Shown one piece after another: positions 24,597 through 37,484 of a stretch of DNA of 64,000 nucleotides (positions are counted from its first letter, which is position 1; every line of letters starts with the position of its first letter). The notes under the pieces were generated by a model. That model did no database searches, was not told the origin of the DNA, and worked only from the letters and a program-made list of their open reading frames with translations. A program made the position numbers and the translations under genes. Source of the stretch: Octopus sinensis (lineage: Eukaryota); contig NC_043003.1 in assembly GCF_006345805.1 (NCBI RefSeq), forward strand, positions 51,212,001-51,276,000. Reading direction: 5' to 3'.

Positions 24597-25270
24597 GCAG
24601 TGAGCTGGTAGAATTGCTAGGGTGTCTGTAAAAAAATGCCTTGCTATATTTCTGCTGATTCTTTATGTTCTGAGTTCAAATCTCACCAAGGTCAACTTTG
24701 CTTTTCATCCCTCTGAAATCAATAAAACAAGTCAAGTACTGGGGTTGATGATATCAATAATCCCTACCCCTGAGGTTGTAGGCTTTTGCCTAAATTTGAA
24801 ATAGTTGCTGTTGTTATTGTTAATCAAATATTGGTGTTAGTTTAACCATCTAACCCCTCTTTTGTGACTGAAATTTATTCATAATTGTTATGATTTCTTA
24901 CAAAGGCACAGGGGAAAGCAATTGATTGGTAGACTCAAATAAGCACCAGACAAACTGCCTAGTGCTGTTTGTTCTGGCCTTTTGTTTTCTGAGTTCAAAT
25001 TCTCCTGAGTTTGAATTTGCTCTTATCATCATCATCATCATCATCATCATTATTATCATTATTATTATTATTATTTTTATTATTATTATGGTGTTGAGCT
25101 GGCAAAATTGTTAGCGTGCCAAACAAAATACTTAGTAGCATTTCATCTGTCTTTACATTCTGAGTTCAAATTCTGCTGAGGTCAACTTTGCATTTCATCC
25201 TTTCATGGGTCCATAAAATAAGCACCATTTGAACACTGAGGCTATTGTAATTGACTTGATCTTCTACAAA
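24597..25270 (+). mobile_element. Cluster of Nin/Deu-domain-like tRNA SINEs
   Basis: ttctgagttcaaat...ggtcaactttgcNtttcatcc...aaaataagtacc motif repeated; family name from memory. Confidence 0.6.
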
Positions 25271-26191
25271 TATTGGGTTGGCAAGAAAGTAATTTTGTTT
25301 TTCGCAAATAGAGAGAGTTACGGTTTTTTTTTTTAATGACTTTTGTCGATGTTATGATTTTTTTTCTTTTTGACATTTGATAGCCACTACTTTTAGCTTA
25401 CTTTAGAAGCAAATTGTGCATAATTTTATTTACAGCTGTTAGTGTCAGTTTTAACATGGAGTGCAAAAACGAACATTTTCACCATATTTTGCTTTTTTAC
25501 TTCTCTGGTCAACCTACTGAAGTTGATAATGACCGAATCAAAGCCATAATTGAATCTGATTATCATATAACTGTGAGAGAATGCAGAGTTAAATGTATCA
25601 CACACAACAATTAAAAATCACTTAAAATGTCTTGAACTCATTAAAAAGCTTAATATTTGGGTTCCACATAAATTGAAAGAGATTCACTTAACACAATAGA
25701 TCAATATTTGCGATAGGCATCTCAAACACAATGAAATCAACCATTTTTTTTTTAATTAATCATCACTAGTGATGAAAAAGGGATTGTCTATAATAACATC
25801 ATTCGAAAATGATGATGGTCCCAGCATAATGAATCAGCACAAACCACATTGAAAGCTGAATTGCATCAAAAAAGGTCAATTTGGTGGGATTACAAAGGTG
25901 TTGTGTGTTTTGAGCTGCTTCCATGGAATCAGACAATCAATTCAGATGTTTACTGTCAACAACTAATGAAACTGGAGGAAGCAATGAAAGAAAAACAACC
26001 AGAATTGGCAAATCATAATGGAATCATGTTCCACCATAATAACGCTAGGCCACACACATCTTTGCTAACTCGTGAAAAATTATTGGAGCTTGGTTGGAAG
26101 TGATGTCACATCCACCATATAACCTTTGTATAAAAAAAATTATTTTTATTTCACACTAAAAAACCAAAATTACTTTCTTGCCAACCCAATA
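25271..26191 (+). mobile_element. Internally deleted mariner (mellifera-like TIR) inserted in a SINE
   Basis: Perfect 27-bp TIR tattgggttggcaagaaagtaattttg; fragments IWWDYKGVV.FELLP.NQTINSDVYCQQL and HHNNARPHTS. Confidence 0.9.
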
Positions 26192-26734
26192 TTTCATGCT
26201 TTGTGCCTATAATAGAGAGGATTATTATTATTTTTCTTGTCTCTATAGAAAAAGCCTTATTGATTTTCAAGCGCCTTAGTTTTAACAAAAGTTGGTGGGG
26301 GTTGTTTTGCTGTTTTTTTCCTTTTTTTTTTCTGGCCTGAATGGGAATTTATTCCTAGTGTTTATTACTGATATTTGCGTAAAAAAACTGACAAACTTAT
26401 TTTGATACAGTTTACTTTGTTGTGATGACACCCCATAAGAGTGTTGCATATTTCTAACATCATGAATTTGAAAAATTCCTATTTTCTTTGTGAAAAAGAT
26501 GGATTCCAACTTAAGAATATTGTTTGAAGAAAAACATAAGACAGAAAGAGAATCAGTTTGATGACGGTTGAGGAAATGAAACTGAATGGTATTGCTGGCT
26601 TTTTTCTGGAGCCAGTGATAGTGTTAATGCTAAAACAATTAAAGGTATCAGTGTCATGATGAATAACACCAGAAGTTTTTACAATAACAACACATTTCAC
26701 CAACTGAAAGTGGCCAACTATTGCAGGAAGAATG

Positions 26735-27085
26735 GTCACCAGCATCATCAAGAAGAATCACCTGCACCAGGAAGAACTACTGTCATCAGGAAGAACCACT
26801 GTCACCAGGAAGAACTACTGTTGTCATGAAGTACTGCCGTTATCAGAAGGAACCATTGTTACTAGGAAGAATCGTCATCACCAGGCAGAACCACCATCAT
26901 GTAGAAAAGCCACTGTCACCTGGAAGAACCACCATCACCAGGAAGAACCACTGTCTCCAGGAAAACTAGTCACCAGGAAGAACCGCTGTCATGAGGAAAA
27001 ACCACTGTCACCAGGAAGAACCATTGTCACCAGGAAGAACCACCATCACCAGGAAGAACCACAGTCACTAGGAAGAACCTCCACT
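26735..27085. repeat. Degenerate 19-bp minisatellite (caccaggaagaaccactgt)
   Basis: Many consecutive variant units visible. Confidence 0.85.
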
Positions 27086-28479
27086 GGCACAACTTTTCTT
27101 ACTATGATGGATGATGGCACTATTAGCAACACCATTATCTTTCTTAGCAGCTACAACATCCCTACCACCACCACCACCACCATCAGTGGAGACAAATATT
27201 TCAAAGCTATTACCAACAGCAACATCACCTATACCATCGTCCCTGTTGCTGGCATAAACAAGGCAGCATAGTTTACAAGTAACTCACAAGTGTGGATGCA
27301 GCATTTGCTTCCCAATAGTAGAGTTCCGGCAGACACACAAATATTGCTTAGTCGTGAGTTGACTTTCTTGCACTAACAGAAAAGGAAGAGAAGCTAATAG
27401 AACTCTGACTACAAATGCATCTTGAAAAATACTAAGTTAACAACCTGCATTCTAGCACAAGTTGATATGTGCATGAAGGATATGTGGGGTTGTATACTGC
27501 ACATAAAGAGAAGGCAATATAGAATGGTGGCCCTAAGTCTCAATGGAAAGGGGACGAAAAAATGCCACACATGTATGCTTCTCCAAGGGTTATTAAGTAA
27601 GTAATGTGATATTTAGCAATGTGCTATGTGAAATGATTATCAAATACTTTGTAGTCTTAGAGGAGAGGAGAGAAGTTACAAACTTGGAATCAACTGTCTC
27701 CTCTCTTTCCTGTAAGAACTGGGCAGGACTCAAAAGAGCTGCTGCTTACCCATGAAGACATGCCAAGATCACTGACCTTAATTTCATGAAGAGACTGAAT
27801 AAGAATTGTGGTAGAAGGCAGAAGATCCTGATGTTACACTTACAGTAGCATCACCCATCAAGAGCTTACTGTCCACAAGTTAAGGATGTGCAAATTTCCT
27901 TGCTGCAACCCTACAGCCTTGGCATCAATGACAATACTAGTAGCAAGAGCAGTAGTGCTCACCAAAACAACTACCAGTGCAGCAGAGTGATAACTACCAC
28001 CACCTTTGAAATAGGGAGCTTTATTGGAATGCTCTACTCTCCAGCATAACAGTAGCACCAACATAAATGCATACACCCACTCACTAACCAACCAACATCC
28101 TCTCTTCCGATTTCTTATCCGATGACGAAAAGGAGAAGACTGGAGCATGGCATGTTATTAGAGGTGCTAAAATGGAAAAAGAAAAAACAAAACAAATGCT
28201 AGTAGCTCCACCACGGAAATACAGAAAAGTAGATGGAATGCCAAAGAACCTGTAAACTACTCATTTACCGACATAACCACGAAGACAGCATCAATAACTG
28301 TAAAATTAACAAAACCCAAAGCCACAACAGCCAATCTCCAAAAGAAACAATAAGAATATGAACAGCAACAAAAGCCGTATACACAAAAAATGAATGCCAT
28401 TGACTTCACTGTTATAAATAGAAACCACAGTGAGTTAATAGGGATACATATGAAAACAACTCAAAGATAAATAGAAACA

Positions 28480-30330
28480 AGAGAGGGTTTTTGTGGTATG
28501 CATCTCCAAAGCTCAAAGATAGGGTACTGTAAAAGATATCAGCAAATGTCTATGAACCATTAAAGGATAAATTTTCATGTAGTGTCAGAATTTTCTGAAA
28601 AAGAGAGGACATATGGTCTTTTGAGGAACTCCTCCTGAAGAGAAGGTTGGATTGCCCACCCTCATTCAAGATCCAAGGTGAGTGACCTGTTCCTTTTTCT
28701 ATTCTCTGATAGACATGGTCATACTCCGAGTGGGATGTAGAAATTCATGTGGCATTCGGCAGACTTGGAAGCAAGGTTATTTGCTCAACTACCTCTGATC
28801 ATTAGACATAGATGTAGACCATCAATCAGACCATGATTTCTGAAACACTTGCTAGCCCACTTTCTGGATGATGCTTTCAATTGACTCAGATCAACTAGCA
28901 TGGCACTGTTGTCGAGGAAAGATTTGGATATAGACATAGAAATAATTACTGCGTTTTACCTGGTCTAGAAAGATTTCAGGAACCAGATTAGAAACTAGTT
29001 AATCAGGACTTAATGGGAGTGGAGTATCATTAACAATAGGTGGTTGGTCTCTCACAAGAGGAGAGTTGGAACAGCTGTAGAGAATGTCTTTAATGTCTAC
29101 ATCAACAGCTTGCTACATCTGTTGGCAAAAGAGGTAGAGTGCTTCAAAAAGCTAATTACAGCAGCTGAGATATGATTGGTGGCAAGTGTCTGTCCTATGA
29201 GTTTTATGTATGTACACCAGATTTGTCCTCTAAATTCCATTGCAGCTGGCAATGGAATGGGAAAGTTCACAGTTTTGTGAGACCAGGAGTGGTTGTGTTG
29301 CTGAGAAAAGTCATGAACAGAGAAAACATAAATTATAATTTCCAGCCCATACTCTGGTGAATGTTGAGTTTAAGATTTGGGATGAGATGCTAATGGAGAG
29401 GCTAGTGCTTGTTGGTAGTTGGTTGTGAAAGAACAAACCTGTGTGATCCAAAGTGGATCCATTCAAGACAACCTTCAGGTTATGTGATTCATAATAGGGA
29501 AAGTGGGTGACAAATCTGACTTTGATGGAAAATCTGATCAGTTTTGATTTATTTAAAGCTTTTAATTGTGTCAACCATTGTTGAGAGCTGTCCTCAAGAC
29601 AGCTGGTTTCATGCCATTTTCAGAAGCTGGATCACTTTGATGTATAGCAGCATCAGTTCAATGGTCTGGAGATACTGCTGTGGAAACTGGAGGTAATGAG
29701 GGTAATCCTATTCAAACTAATATATGGGAGAGCCTTGTTGGCAAAGGTGGACAGCATTACTATAATGGTGTCAGACTCTATGGAGGCTAAGGTGGCTGGC
29801 ATGATTGTAAAGGAATATGACACAGTGACAGGCATAAGACTTAACTCAGACAAAATTGTAAGTTTTCAGGTTGGCACTTGGAGAAGCAAGTCCATGTTTT
29901 CTGATGAGGTACTGAAATGACAGTCTGGTTAAATTGCTTGGAGTTTGGTTTGATCCAAATCTCTATGGGGTTAGCAACCAGGACAAGGTTATGAGAAAGG
30001 TAGCAAGTCTCATCCAGACATGGGCTCTAAGAAAGGTATTCTTGAAAAGCCAGAAAGGTGGCAACATGTACATCAGCTCCAGTGTCACCACCTGACCTTT
30101 GTGCATTGCTCCAGTTTTTCTTTATCTAAATTGGAGTTTCTGATGTTCTGCATCTTGTTTCCACTGATTAGGCAGTCCATCTGTCATCAACACCCTCTAC
30201 ATATGGGGCTCAAGATGCAGTGATTAATGAAGTACAGACATGTACTGAGGCTATTAAGCAGGTGGTGAGCAGCTCTGTTCATATTTTACTATAGCTTGTC
30301 TATCTGATGGAGATGCAGCCTTGTGTCAAG
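28480..30330 (+). mobile_element. Decayed Tx1/L1-like LINE RT remnant
   Basis: Degenerate LD..KAF..V.H block near 29540-29580; VDSITIMVSD (YADD-like) and GTWRSK in ORF 29696-29920. Confidence 0.6.
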
Positions 30331-30460
30331 TGATGAAGACTAGGCATCTGACTTCAGTAATGTTAGGTGCCCACAGCCCTCCAATATTTTTGTCCATATA
30401 TACTTTCATTTTCTCATTCAATTTCTTTAAACCTCGCACTTTTTTATGACCTTGTTTATG

Positions 30461-30905
30461 TAAGCTGGCAGAATTTTGAGCACACTGGGCAAAATACTTA
30501 ATGGGTTTTTTTTATCTGCTTTTATGTTTTGAGTTCAAATTCTGCCATGCATGACTTTGCCATTCATCATTTTGGGGGCTGAAAAATTAAGTACCAGTGA
30601 AACACTGGGGTCAATGTAATTAACTAGTCCCCTCCCCGCAAATTTCAGGCCTTGTACCTTTAGTAGAAAGGATTATTATTATTATTACAAGCTGACAGAA
30701 TCGTTAGCATGATGAACAAAATATTTCACTGCATTTTCTTTGGCCATACATTTTGAGTTCAAATTCCACCGAGGTTGACTTTGCCTTTCATCTTTTTAGG
30801 ATTGACAAAATGAGTACCAGTTGAGCACTGGGGTTAATGTTATCATCTTAACTCCTACCCCCAAAATTTCAGGTCATGTTCCTGTAGTTGAAAGGATTAT
30901 TGTTA
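30461..30905 (+). mobile_element. Two tandem Nin/Deu-domain-like SINEs
   Basis: Same motif set; each copy ends in tagaaaggattattatt-like tail. Confidence 0.65.
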
Positions 30906-31520
30906 TTATATCATCATTATTATCATCATTATCATCATTACTTTGCTAGAAAATGGATTGGATGAAATAATAGATTCACATTATTTGCACCAATCCACTA
31001 TTAGCAATGAGGATTCATTGCAAATGTATGTGGGGACAAGCTCATTGCATGCAGTTGTGTCAATTTATTTTATTGCTGTTTCTGTTTATTATGTGTCAAT
31101 ATATTGTTATCTGTGTTCTAAATAAAATTATGCTACAGAAATCCCTATTGCTATACAAATACATATATAAACAGACACTCTCTCTCTCTCTCTGATGAAG
31201 GGGATTTTTCATTGTGTAGCATGTCCTGTACTTCGTTTTTCTGCTGCACATAATTGTTTTTCCCGTTTTCGTTTTCATTTCGTCTTGTTCCACGTCTCTG
31301 TCCTTCTGTTGTAACAAAATGTCTTCTCCGTTTTCGTTCTGTTGATTTTTTCGTCTTCTTGTGATGTCCTGTACGTATATATATATATTTATATATGCAT
31401 GTATATATACATGTAGATGTCGGTACGTACATATATGTTTGTATGTATGCATATATTTTATTTATTACACTATATATATATATATATATAAAACTTACTT
31501 GGAAAAGGATGTGTGGCGTT

Positions 31521-31556
<36 letters not shown>

Positions 31557-31699
31557 AATTGCCGGGTGAATTTTGTTGTTTTTTCTCTTTACCTACGTGG
31601 ATTATTTTTGAGTATATGTTATCTGGGAGATTCACTTACAGTAGAGAAATAGCTAATTGTTTGGCTGCTATTTCTAAATTTTTTGTATGTTAGTTAGTT

Positions 31700-31985
31700 A
31701 GTTAGTTAATTTTTTGGCTCAAAAAGCAAAAAGCAAGGCCATGTAGGGGGACATGGAGTTATGTACAGGGTGGTGTTCATGTAAAGAGTTCAGGCCATTT
31801 GTGGTCCAGGGAGACTTTGAACTGAGCGGTTGTCGGCATCTTCACTAGCTCGTCCGGCAGCTTATTCCATGGATCTGCAACCCGGACGGAGAAAGCCCCT
31901 CTCCTTCGATTGAGATGAAATCGTCGCAGATAGAGCTTTTCAGAGTGACCCCGCAGCCGATGCTCTGGAGCAGAAGCAAATTTTT
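31700..31985 (-). mobile_element. CR1-like LINE 3' end
   Basis: Minus strand translates to LRGHSEKLYLRRFHLNRRRGAFSVRVADPWNKLPDELV. Confidence 0.8.
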
Positions 31986-32156
31986 TTGCTGAACCCTATT
32001 TATAATTATACTCATAATTATAAAAATTATTGTTTAAGTTTACCGATAATGGTTCTTTTAACATGCCAAAACTACTTGGTAGAAATATTAATGATTAATA
32101 ATTAATAATTATTAATTAATTAATTAATTTTACCCTTTATTATTATTGATATATAT

Positions 32157-32190
<34 letters not shown>

Positions 32191-32466
32191 GTATATGTAT
32201 ATATATATGTCTCTCTCTCTCTCTCTCCACACAATTCCTATCTACCAGATTCACTCACAAGGCATTAGTTAACCTTAGGCTGAACCTAATACCATGTGAT
32301 TGCAAAACGAACTTCTTAATTACACAGCCATGCTTGTATCTGAGAGGAAAATTATAGCAGATTCAACTAAATACCTTGATGCATTTAGTTACCTTTATTT
32401 TTCTTCCATCTGAGATTGATAAAATAAATAAACGAGCAGTTATGTATCTGAATCAATACTCCTTCT

Positions 32467-32680
32467 TTAACCCTTTAGCATTTAAACTGGCCATATCAGA
32501 CCCAAATATCCTACCTGTTTTATATTTAAACCAGCCGGATCCTGCCTCTTGCACCTACCCTACAAATATCATTCTAAATATAAACTATCACATCATAAAA
32601 ATCTTGAAGCTACAAGATTATGCATGATTAATTCAATAGAATAAGCATTTCATTTGACCGAGTAATCTGAATGCTAAAAA
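32467..32680 (-). mobile_element. TTAA MITE, same family as 20749-20977
   Basis: ttaaccctttagcattt...taatctgaatgctaa. Confidence 0.6.
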
Positions 32681-32721
32681 CTTTTAATGATGCATGGTAT
32701 CATGCCAATGTGAGGTATTCT

Positions 32722-33248
32722 GGATCTTTACCTTTTGACCGACAGATTTTTAAAATAATTTTTTGTAACTGAACACTTTCAAACTTTGGACACTGGTAGA
32801 ATGTGTCATATAAAATATCTTTTACTCTTACCATTTCTGAGAAAAACTTATATTTACGAAGTTATTTCACATTAAAGTTGTCCTATTTCCGTAACTTCAA
32901 CCAATCAATGACGTGTATTCAGCTGAATAAAATTACTGCTATTGTTTGTCAACAACAACTATTGGCGGTGTATATTTTGTTTGTCACTGTTATTCATGAC
33001 ATCGGTCATGCATTTGTACTGGTTGTAGGGTAAGGTTTAGGGTTCTCATAAATAACAGTGACAAACGAAATATACACTACTGGAAGTTCTTGTTGGCTAA
33101 CAACAGCAGTAATTTTATTCAGCTTTTTCTCACAAATGCTAAGAGTAAAAGATATTTTATGTGACACATTCTACCAGTGTCTGAAGTTTGAAAGTGTTTA
33201 GTTACAAAAAATTATTTTTTAAATCTGTCGGTCAAAAAGTAAAGATCC
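32722..33248. mobile_element. Fold-back MITE with about 125-bp TIRs and inner inverted repeats
   Basis: 32722-32847 is the reverse complement of 33122-33248; 32935-32997 pairs with 33051-33110. Confidence 0.85.
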
Positions 33249-33543
33249 GATATGCTCTGCTGGTAATTGGGTGCTGTACTTAGTGATTTGTATTATTGTA
33301 GTGTATTTGTACTATGTATACTGGAGTTGATCCTATTGAGTGGTCTTTCTTCTCCTCACAAATTCTATGGCTTTGGCTTATATGGAAAAAACTCTATATA
33401 TTCTGGATAATGGAGTACCAGTCACATGCTGGTGTCAGTTTTATTTACTTATTAATTCTTACTTATTCTTCATCCCTGTTATTTGTGGTCATGTGCTGAT
33501 TCCAAAAGACTTTCTTTACTATCTATACTATATCATTACACAG

Positions 33544-33675
33544 AATAAAGAGGAAGAGTGTTGGAAGTGACTTAATAGCAAGTGGAGGGAAGTTGATCAA
33601 AATGGGGAGTCCAGAGCTGACCCGATTATGGAATCTATGTCCAGACAACACAGAAGCCTGCAAATCGGAGAAAAG
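33544..33675 (+). CDS. THOC1: THOC1 coding exon (IKRKSVGSDLIASGGKLIKMGSPELTRLWNLCPDNTEACKSEK)
   Basis: acacag/GTGAGT; conserved MG..ELTRLWNLCPDN.EACKS motif. Confidence 0.95.
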
Positions 33676-33737
33676 GTGAGTGGTATTTCATATTTTCAAC
33701 ATCTACTAGGACCAAACTGTAGTAAAGTTTTACTTCA

Positions 33738-33956
33738 GAGAGGATGCTGAAAAATTCCTGGCTTTTGATCAACAAAAATAGAGGAGGATTAGTTAATTAT
33801 GATTTTATTCAACATAATTTCCCCCCTCTCAGATTCACATACTTATTGTAGCAGTCCTTCAGTTTTTCTAAGCCCTGTAAAAGAACTCAGAAGTCTGGGC
33901 CCTCAACCAGACCTTTTGCAATACCCTTAAAGCCAGGAACTTTCCAGCACCCTCTC
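33738..33956. mobile_element. Mariner-type MITE
   Basis: TIRs gagaggatgctgaaaaattcctggcttt / aaagccaggaactttccagcaccctctc. Confidence 0.75.
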
Positions 33957-34367
33957 AATATTTATATTGTTTCATGACCCTTTATTGGGTTGTTGGGGCA
34001 GCACTAAAGACTTTAACTTCATGTCAGATGTACTTCAACGAAGATTCACTCACCAACATGTTACAACCTCTAACTCATAGACAAGCAATTCCTGATTTTT
34101 ACTTCTATCTCTATGATAATCTCAGGTGTCTGTGAATCACTTCTCAAATAAAAGGTGGGTCGCACTTGAAGAATCTTTGAATCTAGGTCAGCTTCATCAG
34201 GACTGAGTTTGTTCTAAACAACTGTTTGAGAAGAATCAAAGCATTGTGAGACTTTTCACCTTAAATAGCTAATGGTGTAGATTCTATCTAACCTCTGGGT
34301 ATGTATTATATTGACCCTTTCCATCTTTGTTTGTATTGACCTCAATTATCTTTCACCATTTCTGCAG

Positions 34368-34451
34368 AGTGTTCTTGCCAACTTTGGAAGATTTCTTTGC
34401 TGATGCCATCGAACAGTCTGACCCTGAAGCCATGGTTGAAGACGAATACAA
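34368..34451 (+). CDS. THOC1: THOC1 coding exon (VFLPTLEDFFADAIEQSDPEAMVEDEY)
   Basis: ctgcag/GTAAGA; conserved PTLE.FF..AIEQ.DPE.MVE.EYK motif. Confidence 0.95.
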
Positions 34452-35378
34452 GTAAGAGCAGATTTGTTTTCTCTTTGTGCTTTGTATGTGTATTTTTGTG
34501 TGTGTTTGTGTACATGTGTTTATGAACTCAAGATTTTTGTTTACTTTTTGTAGCCTATATATATGTGTTTGTAAGTGAATGCATGTATTTTGTGTGTGTG
34601 TGTGTGTGTGTGTATACACCCTTATCTGTGTGAATGAGGGATCCTTACAATATGGGTGTTTATGTTTGTTGCTGTGTATGTACAGCTCTATGTAAGTGAA
34701 AACATGATTGCAACTGAATGATTACAGATTCCATTCCACTGTGTAGAACTTTGAGCAAGTGTCTTCACTATGGCTTTGGCTTGATAAAACTGTACAGAGG
34801 CATGTAGCCCAAACACACACAGACACATACATATATGTATTCGTTCATTTTACACACATTTTTGTATGTTGGCATAACTTTTGATGGATATTTGGTAGAA
34901 GGCAATATTTTACAGCTGGATGTTCTTCCTGTTGCTAATCCTTAGCTATGTGTGTGAAGGGAGAAGAATAGGACAAGAGAATCAGTGATTGGTTTAAGAG
35001 AGTGTGAAAGGAGGTAGTAATGGAAGCGAGGCAGTACTGGAGGTAGAGTACGATAGGAAAATGAAGTGAGAAGGTGCTAGAGGTGCAAATAATGACAATG
35101 CTTGAATGAGCAATGGAAGAGAGGTAACATCGGCACCGAATATTAGAAAGAGTGGTCAAGTGATTGGAAGTAATAAAGATAGGTGATGATAAAAGAGTGT
35201 AATGGATGTCACTTATTAGTGACCTGGGGTAGAGAGAATGATGAATGGTCATACAGAAAGGGTGACAATAGGATGTACTGGATACAACCAATATCTTGAT
35301 GTATTTATTATACAGTATATAATATACTGTATAATATATATCATAAATCTACATAATTATGTTCTACTTGTGTTCCAG

Positions 35379-35526
35379 GTTGGTCAAGGATCAAGTGTTT
35401 CAGTGGAAAGCCCTCAGGTTACTGGCTCGTCGCAGTCCTCATTTCTTTACTCATGCTCCCCAGCCAGCAGTTGAATTACCTGTTTATCTTGAAAGTATGG
35501 TCACCAGACTAGCCAAAGAGATGCCA
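35379..35526 (+). CDS. THOC1: THOC1 coding exon (LVKDQVFQWKALRLLARRSPHFF...RLAKEMP)
   Basis: ttccag/GTAAGC; conserved W.ALRLLARRSPHFF motif. Confidence 0.95.
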
Positions 35527-35956
35527 GTAAGCATTGAAGAAAACTTTTCCTTTATTTTTTAACAGGTTATTAAAGTGTGTTTAGATAGGCAATAAGAAGT
35601 TTTATTTTCGTTATAACCATCTTTTTTGGTTTTCAGCTGATGAGACCTGAGTGTCAGGCAGATGGTTTTCTGACTGAACCAGACCATTGTTTTTGTTATA
35701 GCTGTCAGGTTAAATTGCTGGGCTACTAATTACACATCTGAATGCTCAAATCTTACCACTATCATTGTGTTCATGCGTTAGGCTTAAAAGTTTTCATCTT
35801 AATTCACTGGAACAAAATTCATACTGATTCTGTGATGTATTATAGCCCACAACACTGATACTGCAAATATCATAAGCTCTACCGAGGTATTTTCAGATGT
35901 ATATATTCATTTTCAACATTGTTGTAGACTTGAAATTATATTTGTGTGTATATATG

Positions 35957-36003
<47 letters not shown>

Positions 36004-36134
36004 GGCTGCTGATAGATTTTTCTACAAAATATGGATAATTTATCCTGTTCATGCTATTATATTAGCATTATTATTGTTCTGCATTTGGGAATAAATTATT
36101 TCCTTATCTGTATCATATATATATATTCGAAATC

Positions 36135-36915
36135 GATCAATGGAAATTGCAGATGTGTTACCAGTGCCGGTGGCATGTAAGAGAACCTTCCGTTTCGCGA
36201 CCGTTGCCAGCGCCGCCCTGACTGGCCTCATGCCGGTGGTACGTAAAAAGCACCATCCGTTCGTGTCCGTTGCCAGCCTCGCCTGACCCTCGTGCCGGTG
36301 ACACATAAAAAGCACCATCCGTTCGTGGCCGTTTGCCAGCTCTGTCTGGCACCTGTGCGGGTGGCACGTAAAAAGCACCCACTACACTCACGGAGTTGTT
36401 GGCGTTAGGAAGGGCATCCAGCCGTAGAAACACTGACATATTTGACTGGGCCTGATGAAGCCTTCTGGCTTCACAGACCCCAGTAGAACCGTCCAACCCA
36501 TGCTAGCATGGAAAACGGACGCTAAACGATGATGATGATGATGATGATGATGATATATATATATCATCCGATTGTGGCCGTTTGCCAGCCTCATCTGGCA
36601 CCTGTGTCGGTGGCACATAAAAACACCATCCGAGCGTGGCCGTCTGCCAGCCTCGTCTGGCACTTGTGTCGGTGGCACATAAAAAACACCATCCGAGCGT
36701 GGCCGTTTGCCAGCCTCGTCTGGCACCTGTGTCGGTGGCACATAAAATCACCCACTACACTCTCGGAGTGGTTGGCGTTAGGAAGGGCATCCAGCTGTAG
36801 AAACACTGCCAGATCTGACTGGACTGGTGCAGCTTTCGGGCTCCCCAGACCCCAGTTGAACCGTCCAACCCATGCTAGCATGGAAAGCGGACGTTAAATG
36901 ATGATGATGATGATG
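36135..36915 (+). mobile_element. Two tandem family A copies
   Basis: Two tails at about 36530 and 36900; the second copy is near-identical to 8085-8400. Confidence 0.75.
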
Positions 36916-37390
36916 ATATATATATAAGGATAAGATCGATAATTAAATATCGAACTTATCAAGTGGCCTGCATGGGAATAAAAACCTTCAAAGGTAATAA
37001 TTATTATTAAGATTAAAATTTAGGGTATACCACCACGTGATACCACCACGCTTGAAATAGCAGCCAAAGCTTGACTCTAAAACCACATTAAATGTTCATA
37101 CAGCACCAGGAGAGAAGACAAAAAGACAAAATAAACTAGCAAAATAAAATTACTGGATAACTCCAGATCCCAGATTTCTGGCTCTGCATAAGAAATGGTT
37201 TGCCTCTTCAGTGGAATATACTCAGCACATAAATACAAATACATATATAACATACAAATACTTACATATACGAACGTATACATACATATATATGCACGTG
37301 TGCACACGACCAGTTTAAATTGCCCGCCCTAATCTTATATATATATATATATATATGTATATAAAATCAAATGTTCACATTTCCAAACAG

Positions 37391-37484
37391 CCACCACATG
37401 AAGAAATGAAGACTGAAATTGGAGAAGAAGAAGACATAAAGGCTCCCTCTCCGGATGAAGGGGAAGAAATCAAGAATGATGGCA
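37391..37484 (+). CDS. THOC1: THOC1 acidic linker exon (PPHEEMKTEIGEEEDIKAPSPDEGEEIKNDG)
   Basis: aaacag/GTAAGT; phase 0 in, phase 1 out, bridging to the death-domain exon; resembles the PPSEEIKTGE linker. Confidence 0.85.

Noticed and set aside
26732-27271. 179-aa His/Thr-rich ORF
   Set aside because: Product of the 19-bp minisatellite plus simple repeats.
31190-31215. CTGATGA hammerhead start (similar ones at about 35637 on + and 49410 on -)
   Set aside because: No matching stem II-GAAA-stem III downstream.
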